Source of the DNA: Podarcis liolepis
Lineage: Eukaryota
Assembly (NCBI GenBank): GCA_965112155.1
Contig: OZ218099.1
Reading direction: 5' to 3' (one strand)
DNA length: 64,000 nucleotides
Both the position numbers and the translations under genes were made by a program. The notes under the pieces were generated by a model that saw nothing but the letters and a program-made list of their open reading frames with translations, ran no database searches and was not told the origin of the DNA. Shown piece after piece: positions 37,252 to 50,901 of this stretch. Each line of letters opens with the position of its first letter. The first letter of the stretch is position 1.

Positions 37252-39843
37252 TATGTTCAGAAGAATGCCAGTTTGTCTGGATAGCTTAAATACATTTGTA
37301 TGTGCCTTCATTTCATCATCTCTTGAGAGAAGGTGATCTTAGAAGTGACTACATGGTTTGCGAGCCTTGAACTTCCAGGGTAATGATAATATTTAGTGTA
37401 ACTTCAGATTTTGAACAAGTGCTAAACCTATGAATATTGACTGGGTTTTTAAAATTAAAGGCATGGGGACTGACACAGAGCATAATTAAATATAACCAAA
37501 TATTTTTTGGAAATATGGAGGATTCACAGTTATCTTTCTAATACTTCTGAAGGTCAGATATATTTTTCCCACCTAACCCAGCAGGATTGTGGCTTTAGAA
37601 ATTTGACTTCCATTAGTTTCACTTTTTCATGGAAATCTCTTTGCTAAAATGCAGGACTTTTTATTTATTATTGCATAGATAGACATATTGCACTGAGAAC
37701 ATATCAGTAATACTGACTTTGTAACTCATTCTCTAGAAGCATCAGGGACTTAATTTCCTGGTTTATGACGATTTAATTTTAACCCTTTATTCCATGTGTG
37801 GTTATTTCATGCATTCTTAATCAGAATATTAAATCACATTAAATCCACCGCTTCCTGGTTTAAAGTAACTAGTGGCTTACAAGCAGAGACAATATGGAAC
37901 TATTTGAACTGGCTTTAGGGGAATGCCTTAAAGCTGCAATGTGGGAAGTTTAAACAAAATAAAACATTATTATGCCATGAAACTCCAGGTGCCTTTCCTG
38001 AGCAGTCAGGTATATAAGCTCTATCAGCAGTCTCCGTTTAGAGGTGATTTGCAAGAAAAATAATTTCCATGACTTAAAATAATAAGTTGGGAATTTGCCC
38101 TTAACACAAGAAATCTTTTTTTCAAATACATCTGGTGCAAGTTTCTATCACATTTAATATGATCGGTACATTGAGCCTGGTTTCAACTCTGGTTAAACTG
38201 CTGGTTTAAAGAAAAGCCTTGTATGGGCATGCCAGCAGCTAGAACTAGGTTGTCCTTTTAGCTTGGCTATCACCATTACAGTAATTTAAGCTGATTTATG
38301 AAGCTTGCAAAATGTGTAAGTCTGCTCTGCCTGCACTTCTGCCTCCCTGTTCCTGGCCATTGTCGTTCAAAGTAGAGTTCATGTTGAATTCCGTCAGTGC
38401 TGGCCTGAAATGTCCATGTAGGGTTATGCCCCATAGCTGGCAAACCACATCATCTGAAGTATCTGGTGAATACTCCAATGTCAGCAGCCTAACTAGTGTT
38501 TCTCTTTTCCTCTGCTTCCATTCTGTGTGCAGTACCTGCTTATGCCCATCAACTGAACCTTCCTGCTTTGCTCTGCTTCTGTTTTGGCTTTCTTCCATGT
38601 CCTGTTCTTCCCACTACAACCGTCTTCCTCCCCTTTAATGTAACCTTTTCCAGTATTGTACTGGATTGATTGACCATTTCTGCAGCATGATTTTCTCCTT
38701 TGCTGTGGTTCTCCTTTTGGCAGACAGAGGCTGACAGGTTTGCATGATCAAGCTGTAGTGTAGCATGCAGGCTTCTTCGATTGAGAGCTTGAGCGGGGAG
38801 CGTGTTATAAGAACGGATTTCTCCTTTACAGACTATTACTATATTTGGATGCAAGGGGGAGGTGTGCAGTGCAGTAGGGTGTGATGGGGAGAATAGCAGC
38901 TAGATTGGCCATACAGTATTTTCACAAGCATTAATGTTTCTGGGTTTCTGAATTGGTATATTGATATCTAGGATTAAGAGAGTATACCCTTTATCCTGTT
39001 CGGTGCAGCATGATTGATAACCCTCTACTTTCTTCATGCCCATCAGCTTCCAGGCAGAATTCTCTGCTGCTCTCCAGAGGGTCCCCATCCATTGGGACCA
39101 TGCTAGTCTGGACAGTTCAGTTGAAACTTTGGTTCATATGCTCACCTTTCAAACTGCACATCAAAGAAAGCACGTGCTTAACCCAAGAAGATCAAGCCCT
39201 TTTCTGTTTGCAGAAGCATCCTGACAGTCCTTGTGTTGGAGGGTACCGTAGCTCCATTAAAGATGGCGAAACCAGAGAGAAGCCGGTGTCCTTTCATGAT
39301 ATCTGCCTCTCTTTCTCCTTACTTCAACAAACGTGATTCTGCTACTGGTTCTGAAAACTCTTTCTTATGTTATAAAGAAGGGTATAAGAAGAAGTTCAAG
39401 ACTTCATTAATGTGGAACCTGCAGATCTCAGAGATAAACAAATCCCAAGTTACAGTTGAATTGGGGGGAAAGTGAAAGCTGCCACTTCTGTCTGTCTTAC
39501 AACATATGAATAAGCCTCGAGATTAATATAAGCCACTCCTCTTGCATCAATCAGGAGAGGCATATCGCATAGTTCAGACCCACTACCAGGGGCCAAGCAA
39601 GCACAGTTGCATTGTGCTAGATATGGCACATATGATTCGGATATAAGCCAGCCTGGTACAAAAACTCGTATCTGCCTAGATAATTGTTTGTGTGTCAAGG
39701 CAGCTGAAATGCAGTTTTTTGGCAAACCATGTTCCCAAATAGAATTACTCACTGCCAAACTGGTTTAGTCCCATGAGATTGACTGTATAAGAAACATTAT
39801 GTTCCTAAGGAGGCAGGAGAAAACAGCAATGAGTTCTGTAGAG

Positions 39844-39965
39844 CAGGGGTACCCAACATGTTGCCCTCCATATGTTGCTGGACTTGAATTCCCATCTTAC
39901 CTGACCATTCGCCAAGCCAGCTGGGCTGATGGGAGTTTGAGTCCAACAGCATTAGGAGAGCACTG
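39844..39965. mobile_element. hAT-type MITE (degenerate copy)
   Basis: caggggtacccaacatgttgccctcca...ttcccatc...gatgggagtttgagtccaacagcat, same family as 23353-23490. Right end approximate. Confidence 0.6.
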
Positions 39966-41948
39966 TGTTTGCTTCCGCTGCTTCTGGAACACATTTTTAA
40001 ATGGCAAAACTGCTACTTCTTTGCCAATAAGCTTTGCAGTGTTTGTCCATCACAATACTCTTATTAAGGTATTATTTTCACTTTATAAGTTTCACTCCCT
40101 CCAGGGTTAAATTATACTGCTTCATTGGTCACTGGTTTGCTTTTGTTAATAGAGATTCTTAAGCAACTTTAATCTACTGCTTGCAGTTTGCTATAGGCAC
40201 AATCCTATCTGTGCTTGACAAATCAAAGTGTCCCCAATAGTAGGAAGCCCCAAACCACTTCTATAAGAGCATACAATAGAGAGCCATTGGAGAGGTAAGA
40301 CTGAATGTTTTATAAGAGAGATAATTTTTTAAAAAACCAAGTGAAGCCAGAAGAAAACTTTTGAGATAGTAGCTCAGTTCACTTGTAAATGTCTGCTCAG
40401 TGTGGGACTTGGTGAAATGATGATTTTCTGTCCAGAAAAATCTATGAAAATTATCATTTGCTTATAACTGCAGTCATTTTTGTTGTAGACATAATCCTGA
40501 CTCACCCTCTTGGTATTTTGGCCCCTGGATCCCTTGCTCTTTCAGAACCCTAAGGTTCTCATAAAAAATGTTGTAGTAAAAGAAACAGATACAAAATGTA
40601 ACTCTAAATCAAAAAATTGTCCTTGATTTTTTAACTTATAAACAGAATATTGCCCGAAACTATCTACAGAAATGGTGTACATATTAAGATGGCAGTCAAA
40701 AGTGTTTGACGGATTTGAACTGCGGAGGCTTAAAATACTATAGTGATATGGACCTATGTCCAACCCAGAGTCCATTTATTTGAGAAGGTCTGTTCTGAGC
40801 ATGACTAATGTTGAATATCAGCATATGTTCCAAGAAAACTTGGAAATGACATGGATCCTACCAGATGGGTTTTTAATGAGCTTAAGACCAATCTCTGTAT
40901 GTTTTTGTAGTGTTGATTTTCAAAATGGATGGGCTGTCCCCTCAATCCAGAATTCTGTTAACTTCACTAATTGCTGTAGTGCTTTGCTTTTGAAGTCACT
41001 TGCAAAGTCATATACCCTTTCTTTAACCTATGTACTCTGGTGTGGGAAGAAAAGCCAAATTATAAAAAGAATGAAAAAGCCAGTTAAAGGAACAAATGTA
41101 TGGCTCATAATGAGTTTTTATTCTTTACATTATTTCTGAGCAAACTCTTCCATAATTCTCCCAAGACATCACAAAGATACATTATGGTGCTCAAAAAGAT
41201 TTTTTGAATTTCTCTTTGTGGCTCCTTTAAATCTAAAACCTATGCCATTGAAAACTTTATGAAATTTTTTTGCCAAACCTAAGCTATACAACATAGCTGT
41301 TCCATGAGCAAGACTGCAGTGTTTCTGAAAACTATGGGAGACCAGGAAGGAATATCACATTAAATCATGGTTTCTTAAATTAATGTAATTCAATAGTGTT
41401 TGAGACTTCATCAGAGTTGAATCTCCCATTTTTGCAGCAATAACATTTCCACCTCTTTTAAATAGTTTTTATCCCCTAAAATAAGCAAATAGGTTAATGC
41501 TTTTCATACCTGCCAGGTGGAGACAACCTGGAGAGCAGATGTTTGTATGATGACACTTATATTTCTACCATTGATCTGCCAGACTTGATCTGCTATTTGT
41601 GAAAACTAGGCCTCAGCTAGTTAGCTGCTTATAAGATTAGTGACTTAGCTAGTCAGGACCCACCCATATACCCCAGTCCTTTGATGGAAATTGAAGCACC
41701 TTTAGATTCTTCTGCTCCTTTGCCTACAGAACCAATCCTACCAACACATCCTCCAAACATCTCATTAGAAATTTGTTTACACTGTTGCAACAGAAAACCT
41801 TAATAAAACCCATACTATTTCCTCTATGTTGTATTTATAGCATACATTGTAATTAATGCTTTAATCTTTGCCTTTCTGGTAATTGAGTAAGTTTAGAGAA
41901 ATTCAAGGTAGCGCTGAGGAGATTGCTCTATCGGTGCAAGCAGTTCTG

Positions 41949-42013
41949 CTTGTTTGATGGAACAACCTCTACACTCCCCTTGTTTGATGGAACAACCTCT
42001 ACACTCCCCTTGT
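41949..42013. repeat. Exact 30-bp tandem duplication
   Basis: cttgtttgatggaacaacctctacactccc occurs twice, followed by cttgt. Confidence 0.9.
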
Positions 42014-42839
42014 GTCACCCAGCCACTGGGTGGACATTGGGGAGAAAACTGTTGTGTGGTGGAAGCATTTGCATGGACTTGCTAGTGAGACCATTTAGCT
42101 GAATCTGGCGCCTTGTGCTTTTTGTCAACCTGGACTGCAGAAATTTTCATCAATTTCCTCTATTTTCTTTCTTTGCTTTCAGGTTATACTAGAAGCTCCT
42201 TTTCAGGGAATTTAAAAATCCTGCACTGGCCATTTTAGAATTCTCTTGTCCTTAGCAATAAAAATGATTATGCCTTTAAATATATATATATACACATTTC
42301 AGAAATAGTCAGCTCTCCTTAATTCATTTTCTAGCTGAGGAAGCTTCCTTTTTGGAGTTGAATTCAGAGGACCTGTACTCCATTGGTTTGCTCCTATCCT
42401 CTGCCCCAAAGGATTATGTACAAGCATTTTGTGGTCACTTGCAAGAGAAGCAAGCATCACCTTTAGTAGTTTTCATGAACTGGTACTAATTGAGATGAAC
42501 CACGATTTTAAAATCCCTTACTCTGCTGTTGGGGGTCTGTCTCACGTCCTCCATGATGTTGTCATCCTATAAATCTTTGTAGCATGGACTGCACTGCACA
42601 TTAAAATGAAACATATCAAGAATAAGCTGATCTGAGTGTTAAGACATCCCTTGTTACAATCTCACTTCATTCATGACCTCTTTTGGCTAGCCTCAGTATC
42701 CCTTTCTCCACCTGTTATACTGATCTACCTTACACAACAGTTGTCAGGATTATGGATGCAATATAAAGGGAGCTCTTTTAGCAGAAGATGTACATTTTGC
42801 TACCGTAATAGAGCTTCATTGTTTATATTTTAAAAAGTA

Positions 42840-43091
42840 CAGTCATACCTTGGGTTAAATATGCTTCAGGTTGAGCATTTTCAGGTTACGCTCTGCGGCA
42901 ACCTGGAAGTAACGGAACACGTTACTTCCAGGTTTCACCGCTTGCGCATGCGCAGACGCCCAAAATGACGTCACGCGCATGCACAGAAGCGGCGAATCGT
43001 GACCCGTGCACGCACAGATGCGGGTTGCGTTCACTTCAGGATGCAAACGGGGCTCCGGAACAGATCCTGTTCGCATCCAGAGGTACCACTG
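42840..43091. mobile_element. Tc1/mariner (pogo/Tigger-like) MITE, 252 bp
   Basis: cagtcatacct / aggtaccactg ends with TA flanks and a CpG-rich interior. Confidence 0.75.
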
Positions 43092-43625
43092 TATACCTCT
43101 TTAGATCCCAGGACAGAATTCTAGCTAGCATGTTGAATTGCACTTTGATCTGTTATTCATGGCTGACACAGCTGCTCTCAAAGTGGAAGTTGGGGGCTGC
43201 CCAAGCATTGAGAGTGGGCGCACTTGTTAAGTATTTTGTATAGAACCTGGCACAATTCTTCTGAACCATAATTCCTGCTTGAAATCATCACTTCTGCCCA
43301 AGTATCAGGAAACTGGTACTTGAGAATCCACTTTAGTAGCGGCAACCTATCATAACTAACTGACAGTAGCAGCACTTCTCTCTCTGCCTCTCCCACCTTA
43401 ATATTTGCAACCTTGGGGGGTGGGATAGAAGTGTTTCAGAAATTAAAATTAAAAAATAACGTTGTTACTGAGTTCCATTGAGCAACCTTGTCATTGTTAA
43501 TGGTGAGATTGCGATATGGAAGCCAGTATTTCTACTTTAGCCAAGGGCTATTGTTGAGGTTGATGAAGGAAATTGTGTGTGGCTGAGCTTTTTATTTTTC
43601 AAATGAGCAAGCAAATCCACTGGGG

Positions 43626-43748
43626 CCGGGGTGGGGAACTTGTGTCCTGCCAGACGTTGAATTCCCACCTCCCGCCAGCATGGCCATTGATCAAGGATGA
43701 TGCAGGTTGGATTCCGGCTTCTGGAGGGTCACAGCTTCCCCACCCCAG
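43626..43748. mobile_element. hAT-type MITE (degenerate copy)
   Basis: ggggtggggaacttgtg...ctggagggtcacagcttccccacccc. Confidence 0.6.
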
Positions 43749-44960
43749 CACTACGACTTATTCACTGGTTGATTTAAGGGACACTCCTGTTCCCATTTTT
43801 AGAAATAAGCCATGGCACCAAGAATATGAGTTGCAGCTTTGCTTGATCTCATGATGCACTGCTTAGCCTCTGAGCTAAGTGGAGGTGAGTTGGGATGTCT
43901 GTGTAGAATTGTTGTACTCTGGCTGTGTGCCTCGCTGTGTCTTCCTGTTTTTGGATTAAAACCTGTGTAGACACAGGAAACCAGGTAAAATATGAAAGGT
44001 TATGGGAAGAATTGCAGTATCAAATAATTGTACTGGAAAGATTAGATCTAACCATTCAGCTACTAACAGATGTTGCTAAAACCTGTGCAGCATGACTTCT
44101 GCTTGCCTGTGCTATTCCCAGGATACTGCAGTTTCTTGATCTAGGTGCCCTGAAGGATCCCCTCTTTTAGATTGGTTCAAAAATGGATAGCTGCCCTTAG
44201 AATGCTCTCTTCAGGCTTAGCAGAGACCTCTGTCTAAATATGCTTGTGCTAAGACCAAGCAGGAAGAAAGTTCTTGGTGCTATCTCACATCACACTCACT
44301 GCACAAGCCCCTGGGCAAAGAAACTAGGCAAGATGGGCAGCTTTATCTGTAGTTCCAGAAGCAGGTTCTTTCTAAAAATGGATTTAATTTTAAAGCACAC
44401 ATACTCTCCCTCCTGGTCCTAGGCCCAGATTAAGCCTGCAAAAAACCTGCCAGTATAATATCCACACAGTCATTGATCTGCCTACCAGGCAGGTCACTGG
44501 TGCCTACCAATGTAACATGAATATGCCAGTTTATGGCTTATTCCCAGTCAACAGATGCCTACTGTTTTAATGTATGCATAGGCACCAACAATCCAGTTTA
44601 ACTTGCTGCATGGATCCTCATATGAGTGAAGCCTGGCCACCCTCTCAGGAAAACGGGAAGACCTATTTATTGTGCCCAGACAGAGCTATCCCCAGGATGG
44701 TACAGTTAAAAGCTGTGGCTTCCACACAGATTTGAGAAGATGGGATTTTAGAACACCTTGGGAGTACAGTAGGGCTAAGCTGACACCTCAGAAGTCAAGG
44801 TAACAGCTGACTTTTTATTGGAACCACAGGCTGGTTTTCTGGCACCTCTGCCTTCAAGACTAGAAACATTGTGGGCTTGGGCTGCAAAGGAACCTAGCTT
44901 GAACCAGGAGCCCATGCATTGAAGCCTCCCTGCCTGACTTTTCCTCTCCTCTCCTCTCAG

Positions 44961-45111
44961 CATTGCAGCTTCCCTTAGCCAACGATGGAAGTAGCCGCTC
45001 CACCTCTTTGGACAGCTCGCCCCAGCATCATCATCCTCATCCGTCACGCCCCCGAAACTTTCTGGGCCTGCCTCCTCAGCCCCCCTTCCACATGAACAAG
45101 AGCATGGAGAG
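44961..45111 (+). CDS. MAP2K7: MAP2K7 exon 3
   Basis: LQLPLANDGSSRSTSLDSSPQHHHPHPSRPRNFLGLPPQPPFHMNKSME; 151 nt, ag/gtaagc boundaries. Confidence 0.9.
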
Positions 45112-45983
45112 GTAAGCAGAACTAGAGCAAATGAGGCAGGTTCTGGTGTGCTGTGCTCATCTTCTCTGCTGTATTGAGACAGGAGGGACCAGCTTGTTTT
45201 GAGAAAGGGAAGCAGTTTGGAGCAAAGGTTTTATGTTGTGCTTGCCATTTGATCAGACAGGTCTGCGCACAATACATGAAGCGTTTGCTGTCCTTGTGCC
45301 TGTACAGCCGTGGATAATAGCGTGTTGGGGAACTGAATGTTCTCTAGGCACTTTAATCTTGTTGCTTATTGCTATTGCCACAGTCTTAACAGCTGCTTCA
45401 CACTGTTCTTTTGATGTAAGAGGCAGAGCTTTTGAAAAGGGCTCCTGTCTCAAACCATCTTTGTTAGGTAGATACGGAACTTTCATAACCCCTAGTTGCC
45501 TTGAGTTGCATTATTTTTTTGTAATATCATGTAATATCAGTAGCAGCCCATGCAAAGTTTAAACTGTCCTGTTTGTGAATTAACGGGCTAAGCTTGTCTG
45601 CTAAATGAGTGATTTATAGCCTGCACACAAAAATATACAGTAATGGCCCTGGGAGTTAGTAGAGGACCTGCTGCTTTTTGGGGTTTCACCAGGTAATAAA
45701 AACTCATGATTTAACCTGCACTGTTCTGATCTGCAGATTGAGGTGTCTTGTTATGTAAGTGACTTGTGAGTTGCTGGCTTTGAATTCATATTAGAAATTC
45801 TTTCATGATGGAGATCTACTAGTTCATAGGGTTGTCTAGATGCCCTTGTTGAGAAGAGGAATGTGTGGTTCTCCACAGAGATGGAGCCTGTTTCTGCAGA
45901 GAGAAGGGTTCTGAGATTTTCGTATGCCATGGCTAAATGGAAGCAAACACAATATTTTTCCTTTTTTCTCTTTCCCTTTCTAG

Positions 45984-46050
45984 TATAGAGATTGATCAGA
46001 AACTGCAGGAAATCATGAAGCAAACGGGTTACTTGACCATCGGAGGGCAG
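45984..46050 (+). CDS. MAP2K7: MAP2K7 exon 4
   Basis: IEIDQKLQEIMKQTGYLTIGGQ; 67 nt. Confidence 0.93.
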
Positions 46051-46191
46051 GTGAGCTGGCTTGAGAGGTGCAGCAGTTCAAAATATATTGAAGCCTGATG
46101 TATATTAAGAATTAACTGAAAGCAACCCCCCACCCTTTTCAATATAAAATGGATTGATGAGTAGCTTCTCTATGTGCTCATCTTCTCACAG

Positions 46192-46305
46192 AGATACCAA
46201 GCAGAAATCAATGACCTAGAAAATCTGGGTGAGATTGGAAGTGGGACGTGTGGACAGGTGTGGAAAATGCGTTTCAAGAAGACTGGACACATCATAGCTG
46301 TGAAG
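46192..46305 (+). CDS. MAP2K7: MAP2K7 exon 5
   Basis: RYQAEINDLENLGEIGSGTCGQVWKMRFKKTGHIIAVK (Gly-rich loop and catalytic Lys); 114 nt. Confidence 0.95.
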
Positions 46306-46629
46306 GTGAGGTAGATCTACTGGGTGTTGAGTGGAAAATACCTTAAGATGAAAGGAAATGGCAGAGTTGGACTTCTAGAGGGTTCATTGCTGGTGAAACT
46401 CTTAGGTGCCACAGATTATTTGGTTCCTGTGTCAGCTGTTGAGAGAGAATCCAGTTGGGCAGGATTAAGTGGGCCTTAACTTACTTTGATGGAAAGTAGT
46501 GACGCTCTGTGAATTAATCATAAAGCAGTTAAGGGCCATGAGGCCCTTTGTGGGTCAAAGCATGATCACCCGCGACTCTTTTGGCTCTTTCCACTTCTGC
46601 TCCTAATTCCCATTCTCTTCTCTGTTCAG

Positions 46630-46749
46630 CAAATGCGTCGTTCTGGTAACAAAGAGGAGAACAAGAGGATTCTGATGGACCTGGATGTGGTGCTGAAGAG
46701 TCATGACTGTCCTTACATTGTTCAATGCTTTGGAACTTTCATCACAAAT
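46630..46749 (+). CDS. MAP2K7: MAP2K7 exon 6
   Basis: QMRRSGNKEENKRILMDLDVVLKSHDCPYIVQCFGTFITN; 120 nt. Confidence 0.95.
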
Positions 46750-46871
46750 GTAAATGAAGGCGATGCTACTGTTTTCTCAAGTCCATCTGTATTTTTCAAT
46801 GTATTTAGAACAGCCACATCATAATAACCTTACCTTTTCCTTTTTTATTTTATTTCCCCCCCATCCTTTAG

Positions 46872-46979
46872 ACTGATGTTTTTATAGCCATGGAGCTAAT
46901 GGGCACATGTGCAGAGAAGCTGAAAAAACGAATCCAAGGGCCTATCCCTGAGAGGATCTTGGGAAAGATGACTGTGGCG
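46872..46979 (+). CDS. MAP2K7: MAP2K7 exon 7
   Basis: TDVFIAMELMGTCAEKLKKRIQGPIPERILGKMTVA; 108 nt. Confidence 0.95.
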
Positions 46980-48210
46980 GTGAGGGTTGTTTTTGTTTTT
47001 GCTTTTTTCATTTAGATCCCACATTTCCCCCATCTAGACATTGGCCCAGTTCACATGTCATGCTAAGCATAGAACGAATAGCATGCTGGTATAGACTACT
47101 TAATAGTACTCCTTCCTTGCTTCAGCTGTGGCAGCTTCACAGATAAAACAAGCCATATATCTGGCCTGTCATGTTGGCTGGACTTGGGCTCATGGCTTGT
47201 TTCCTCCAAACTGATGAGTGGTAACAAAGGTTTATTCTTGGGTTACCACTTGAGGTTTGTTTGGAGGAAACAAGCCATGAGTCCAGGTCCACACAACATG
47301 GCAAGCTAGAATCTGGCTTGTTTTGTCTGTGACACAGAGGAGCCATTAATTGCTTCCAAGTTTCCATGATCATGGCTTTTAAGGAGATGCGTTGTGCTTC
47401 AAACTCCTTCCTGCATATGGCATCCAGGTATTTTTCTTTTTCAGCTGCGCTTTCTGCTGTTTTTGAAGGGAAAACAACCATTCTCCACTTGTTATTTGTT
47501 ATTTTACATACCATTCTCCTCCATTTACTTGAGCCTCACACGTCTGTTTCTCTTTTGGCTCACAGAAATGAGCTAAGCTTCCCTGCTTGGAGCAAAATGC
47601 TGTTATGGACAGCAGAGGGAGTAAGATTTTTAAAATAATGACTACACTGTTGGGCGGATTTTGGCAAAATTTGGAACCCAGGACTGGGCGCTCTGTTCTG
47701 TGTGGTTGTTTTCATTTCCTTTTGGCCATCCGCCCCCCCCCCCTTGATGCTGCATAATGAGATGTGGTAAAATCTAGGGCTCGGTTGAAGAGTCAAGTAT
47801 TATCACACCCCACTGAAAACTATGAAGCCCAAGATCTCACCTTCGGATCCCAAGAATAGTAACAGCATTTCAATAGTAACAACAGTTCATGAACATGCCA
47901 CCTTTCTTTCTCCCCAGTGGTATCCCTGAAAACTGCTTGGTAATCTGCATGACTGAAGGGCTGTGCTGTAACACTGTCTCCCCACAAGTTGTTGTGTATA
48001 CAAGACGTTTTGCCCCAGATAGCTGAAACTATATCTTCCAAGTATCACGAAAGCCTCAGACTGATTGCTGAGTGCATAACCTTTGTTCTCTAAGCAGCAC
48101 ATGTTTTTACAGGCACGTTGATAAAAGGGTATCATGAGTTCTAGACTAGTTCTGAGTTGTTTTCCTTACAGGGAGCAACGGTTAATTCTTCTGCATTGTG
48201 TTGCTTTCAG

Positions 48211-48390
48211 ATTGTCAAAGCACTCTACTATCTGAAAGAGAAGCATGGTGTCATCCATAGAGATGTGAAGCCTTCAAATATCTTGTTGGATGAGAGGGGG
48301 CAAATCAAATTGTGTGACTTCGGGATCAGTGGGAGGCTGGTGGACTCGAAAGCCAAAACCCGGAGTGCTGGTTGCGCAGCATATATGGCG
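48211..48390 (+). CDS. MAP2K7: MAP2K7 exon 8
   Basis: [60 protein letters not shown] (HRD, DFG, SKAKT activation motif); 180 nt. Confidence 0.97.
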
Positions 48391-49018
48391 GTAAGAGATG
48401 GGCAGATGGCGAGACAACAGCTGCAGGAATCTTGCTGTGCTGGGATGGAACTGAGTAAAAAAAAAGAAAAGTGACATTGTATGTTGCTCTTCCTACAAAT
48501 TGCTCAGAATAGCTTGTGTATGATTTAATTAAATAGTCTTTATTTGTTCAACTTTTATGTCATACTTCCTCCAAGCTGCTTTGCATGGGTTGGGTATGAT
48601 CCCTAGCAGTCTCTCATCCTAGCAGTGCTCTAGGCCAGACCTGCTTCGTTGCAGCCGTTGAAATGCACCATGTGTCTCGATAACTTCTCTCCAGGACTAA
48701 GAATTCCATCGCTTGCATTTTACTACAGAAAGTTGTCACTAGATTTGGCCTGAGCTTTTGGGAAACTGTATGGCAGCTATTACGCAGATGCTGTTACGGT
48801 ATCAAAACAGCCTGCATTTTGTCTTAGCAACATCCAGTGGGATTCAGCTAAGTGTTTGTGTGCACGGAACAAGGCCCACTCATGCAGTGAGACTCTCCCT
48901 CCTCTCCCCATGTACCCATGTGCTCCCCCCTAAATCTGCTCTGGAAGGCTGAGGGAACCCCCAGAACAGGTTTAGGAGGATGGGGGAAGTCTTGTTGTGA
49001 GAGTGGCGTTCATTCTGT

Positions 49019-49020
<2 letters not shown>

Positions 49021-49059
<39 letters not shown>
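49021..49059. repeat. (AC)n microsatellite
   Basis: Directly visible. Confidence 0.9.
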
Positions 49060-49064
<5 letters not shown>

Positions 49065-49201
49065 ACACTCTTCGTGCTACATTCAATTCCACCCATGGTT
49101 TGGCTTCTGTAATCAGTGGAATCTTGCTAGGTGCAGGTAAGAGACCAGTAGCAAAGAGGTTTTATTTTTGACTGAATTTGTAATAATCTTTTTGTTTCCA
49201 G

Positions 49202-49282
49202 CCTGAGAGAATAGATCCCCCTGATCCCTCAAAACCAGATTATGATATACGTGCAGATGTTTGGAGCCTCGGCATCTCTCTG
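49202..49282 (+). CDS. MAP2K7: MAP2K7 exon 9
   Basis: PERIDPPDPSKPDYDIRADVWSLGISL; 81 nt. Confidence 0.95.
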
Positions 49283-49780
49283 GTAAGTAAAACCTGCTCC
49301 CCATTTTTAAGGAAATTTGTGTACCCTTGTTGGGCTCTTCAGGTTCTGGATCATATCTCAATCATCCTTTAATGTATGCAGTCCTTAATACATGACATAA
49401 ACAGCAATAAGCTTTGGGGTGAGTTTTTCTTCTCTTTTCTTCAGTTTTTTTTAATGGAGTTAACTGATTCAAAGGAGGCTGAATTCTGGGTATCCTGAAC
49501 CCCATTTTTGTCGCTGCTGTTGAGGCTGAATAAGCCAAGTGATCATTCTGTTCCACATTTCTTCCCTTTCTTGCTCTCGTCTCTTTCTGTACAGTCATTT
49601 AGAATTGTGTTGTTTGTATGGATTTTTATCTATTTGCTTTTGTTGTAAACTGCCCTGCGGCTTATATGTAAATATACATCACTGAAGCATCGTTGAAGAG
49701 ATGCTGATGATAATAATGCTTTTTAGATTATTCCCATTTTTAAGCACTTATTCTTCATTTCTCTACCGCCCCTAATGCAG

Positions 49781-49923
49781 GTTGAGCTGGCTACAGGTCA
49801 GTTCCCCTACAAGAACTGTAAAACAGATTTTGAAGTCCTCACCAAGGTGTTGCAGGAAGATCCTCCCCTTCTCCCAAACAACATGGGATTTTCTGTGGAT
49901 TTCCAGTCCTTTGTGAAAGACTG
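49781..49923 (+). CDS. MAP2K7: MAP2K7 exon 10
   Basis: VELATGQFPYKNCKTDFEVLTKVLQEDPPLLPNNMGFSVDFQSFVKD; 143 nt. Confidence 0.95.
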
Positions 49924-50855
49924 GTGAGTGAAATGCCTTAAATTCATGTTATGTAGAGTGGCTGCTTCAGCATTTCTTACATAGAGAGGAAGCCCTGCAG
50001 TTCCAGCTGGTTCCTCACTTTCCTGCTGAACTCTTGCACACCAGTTGCTTTCTCAGATATTGGCTAATGTTCATTCTAGGGCACCCTATCTTCAATACCA
50101 TTAATAGTGTATGCAAAAGAATTGGAACTGTTCTGCTTGTTCAAACTGGTACCATGCTCTTCTAAAGACTGAACTCAACCTGTGCTGGTGATTTCCACCT
50201 AGAAAGGAAATCCCATATCTGCCTCCATGACAGCTGTGCTTAAATTCTGGGCTAGCACATCTTTGTGTATGACCTCTTCTTGTCTACACATTCCTGGCTC
50301 TTATCTCTTTTCTGTGTCTGATGTACCGATTCTAAAGGTGTAGGAAGTCCTTCACTGCCATGGAAATAAAAAGTAACATGTCGTAAGTTAGTTACATTTC
50401 CCCATCTTTCCTTGTTTCCATTCACTCCAACAATTAGGCAGCTGTATCTGCAGCTGTAAATGAATTGCACTCCTTGCAACTGGCATTGACAATTCCGCAA
50501 ATGGTCAAACAGAAAATCTACTTCTGATAGTGATTGTTTTGTTCCAGTTAACTTTGAGCTTATGTGTCCAACTTGCCACTCCTGGATTCCATCAAACAAC
50601 CTCACGTAAGATTGTTGCAAACTGCCGTGGGATACTGGGCATAGGAAGCTGACCCTGAAAGATTATTGGTATGGCAGGATAATGGACTTCATCCTGTTTA
50701 GCTGAGAGAGTTTGAAACTTAGAGTAGACCTATGTCAATATGAGCTCTGTTTGCAAGGATTCATTATGTATCATGTAGTGGAAACATGCCGTGTTGGTTG
50801 CTCCATAAAACAAATTTGATCCTGTGTTTTGAATGTGTGTTTCTGTTATTTCTAG

Positions 50856-50901
50856 CCTTACTAAAGATCACAGGAAGAGACCAAAGTACAACAAGCTACT
50901 T
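50856..50901 (+). CDS. MAP2K7: MAP2K7 exon 11
   Basis: LTKDHRKRPKYNKLL; 46 nt, restores phase 0. Confidence 0.93.
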
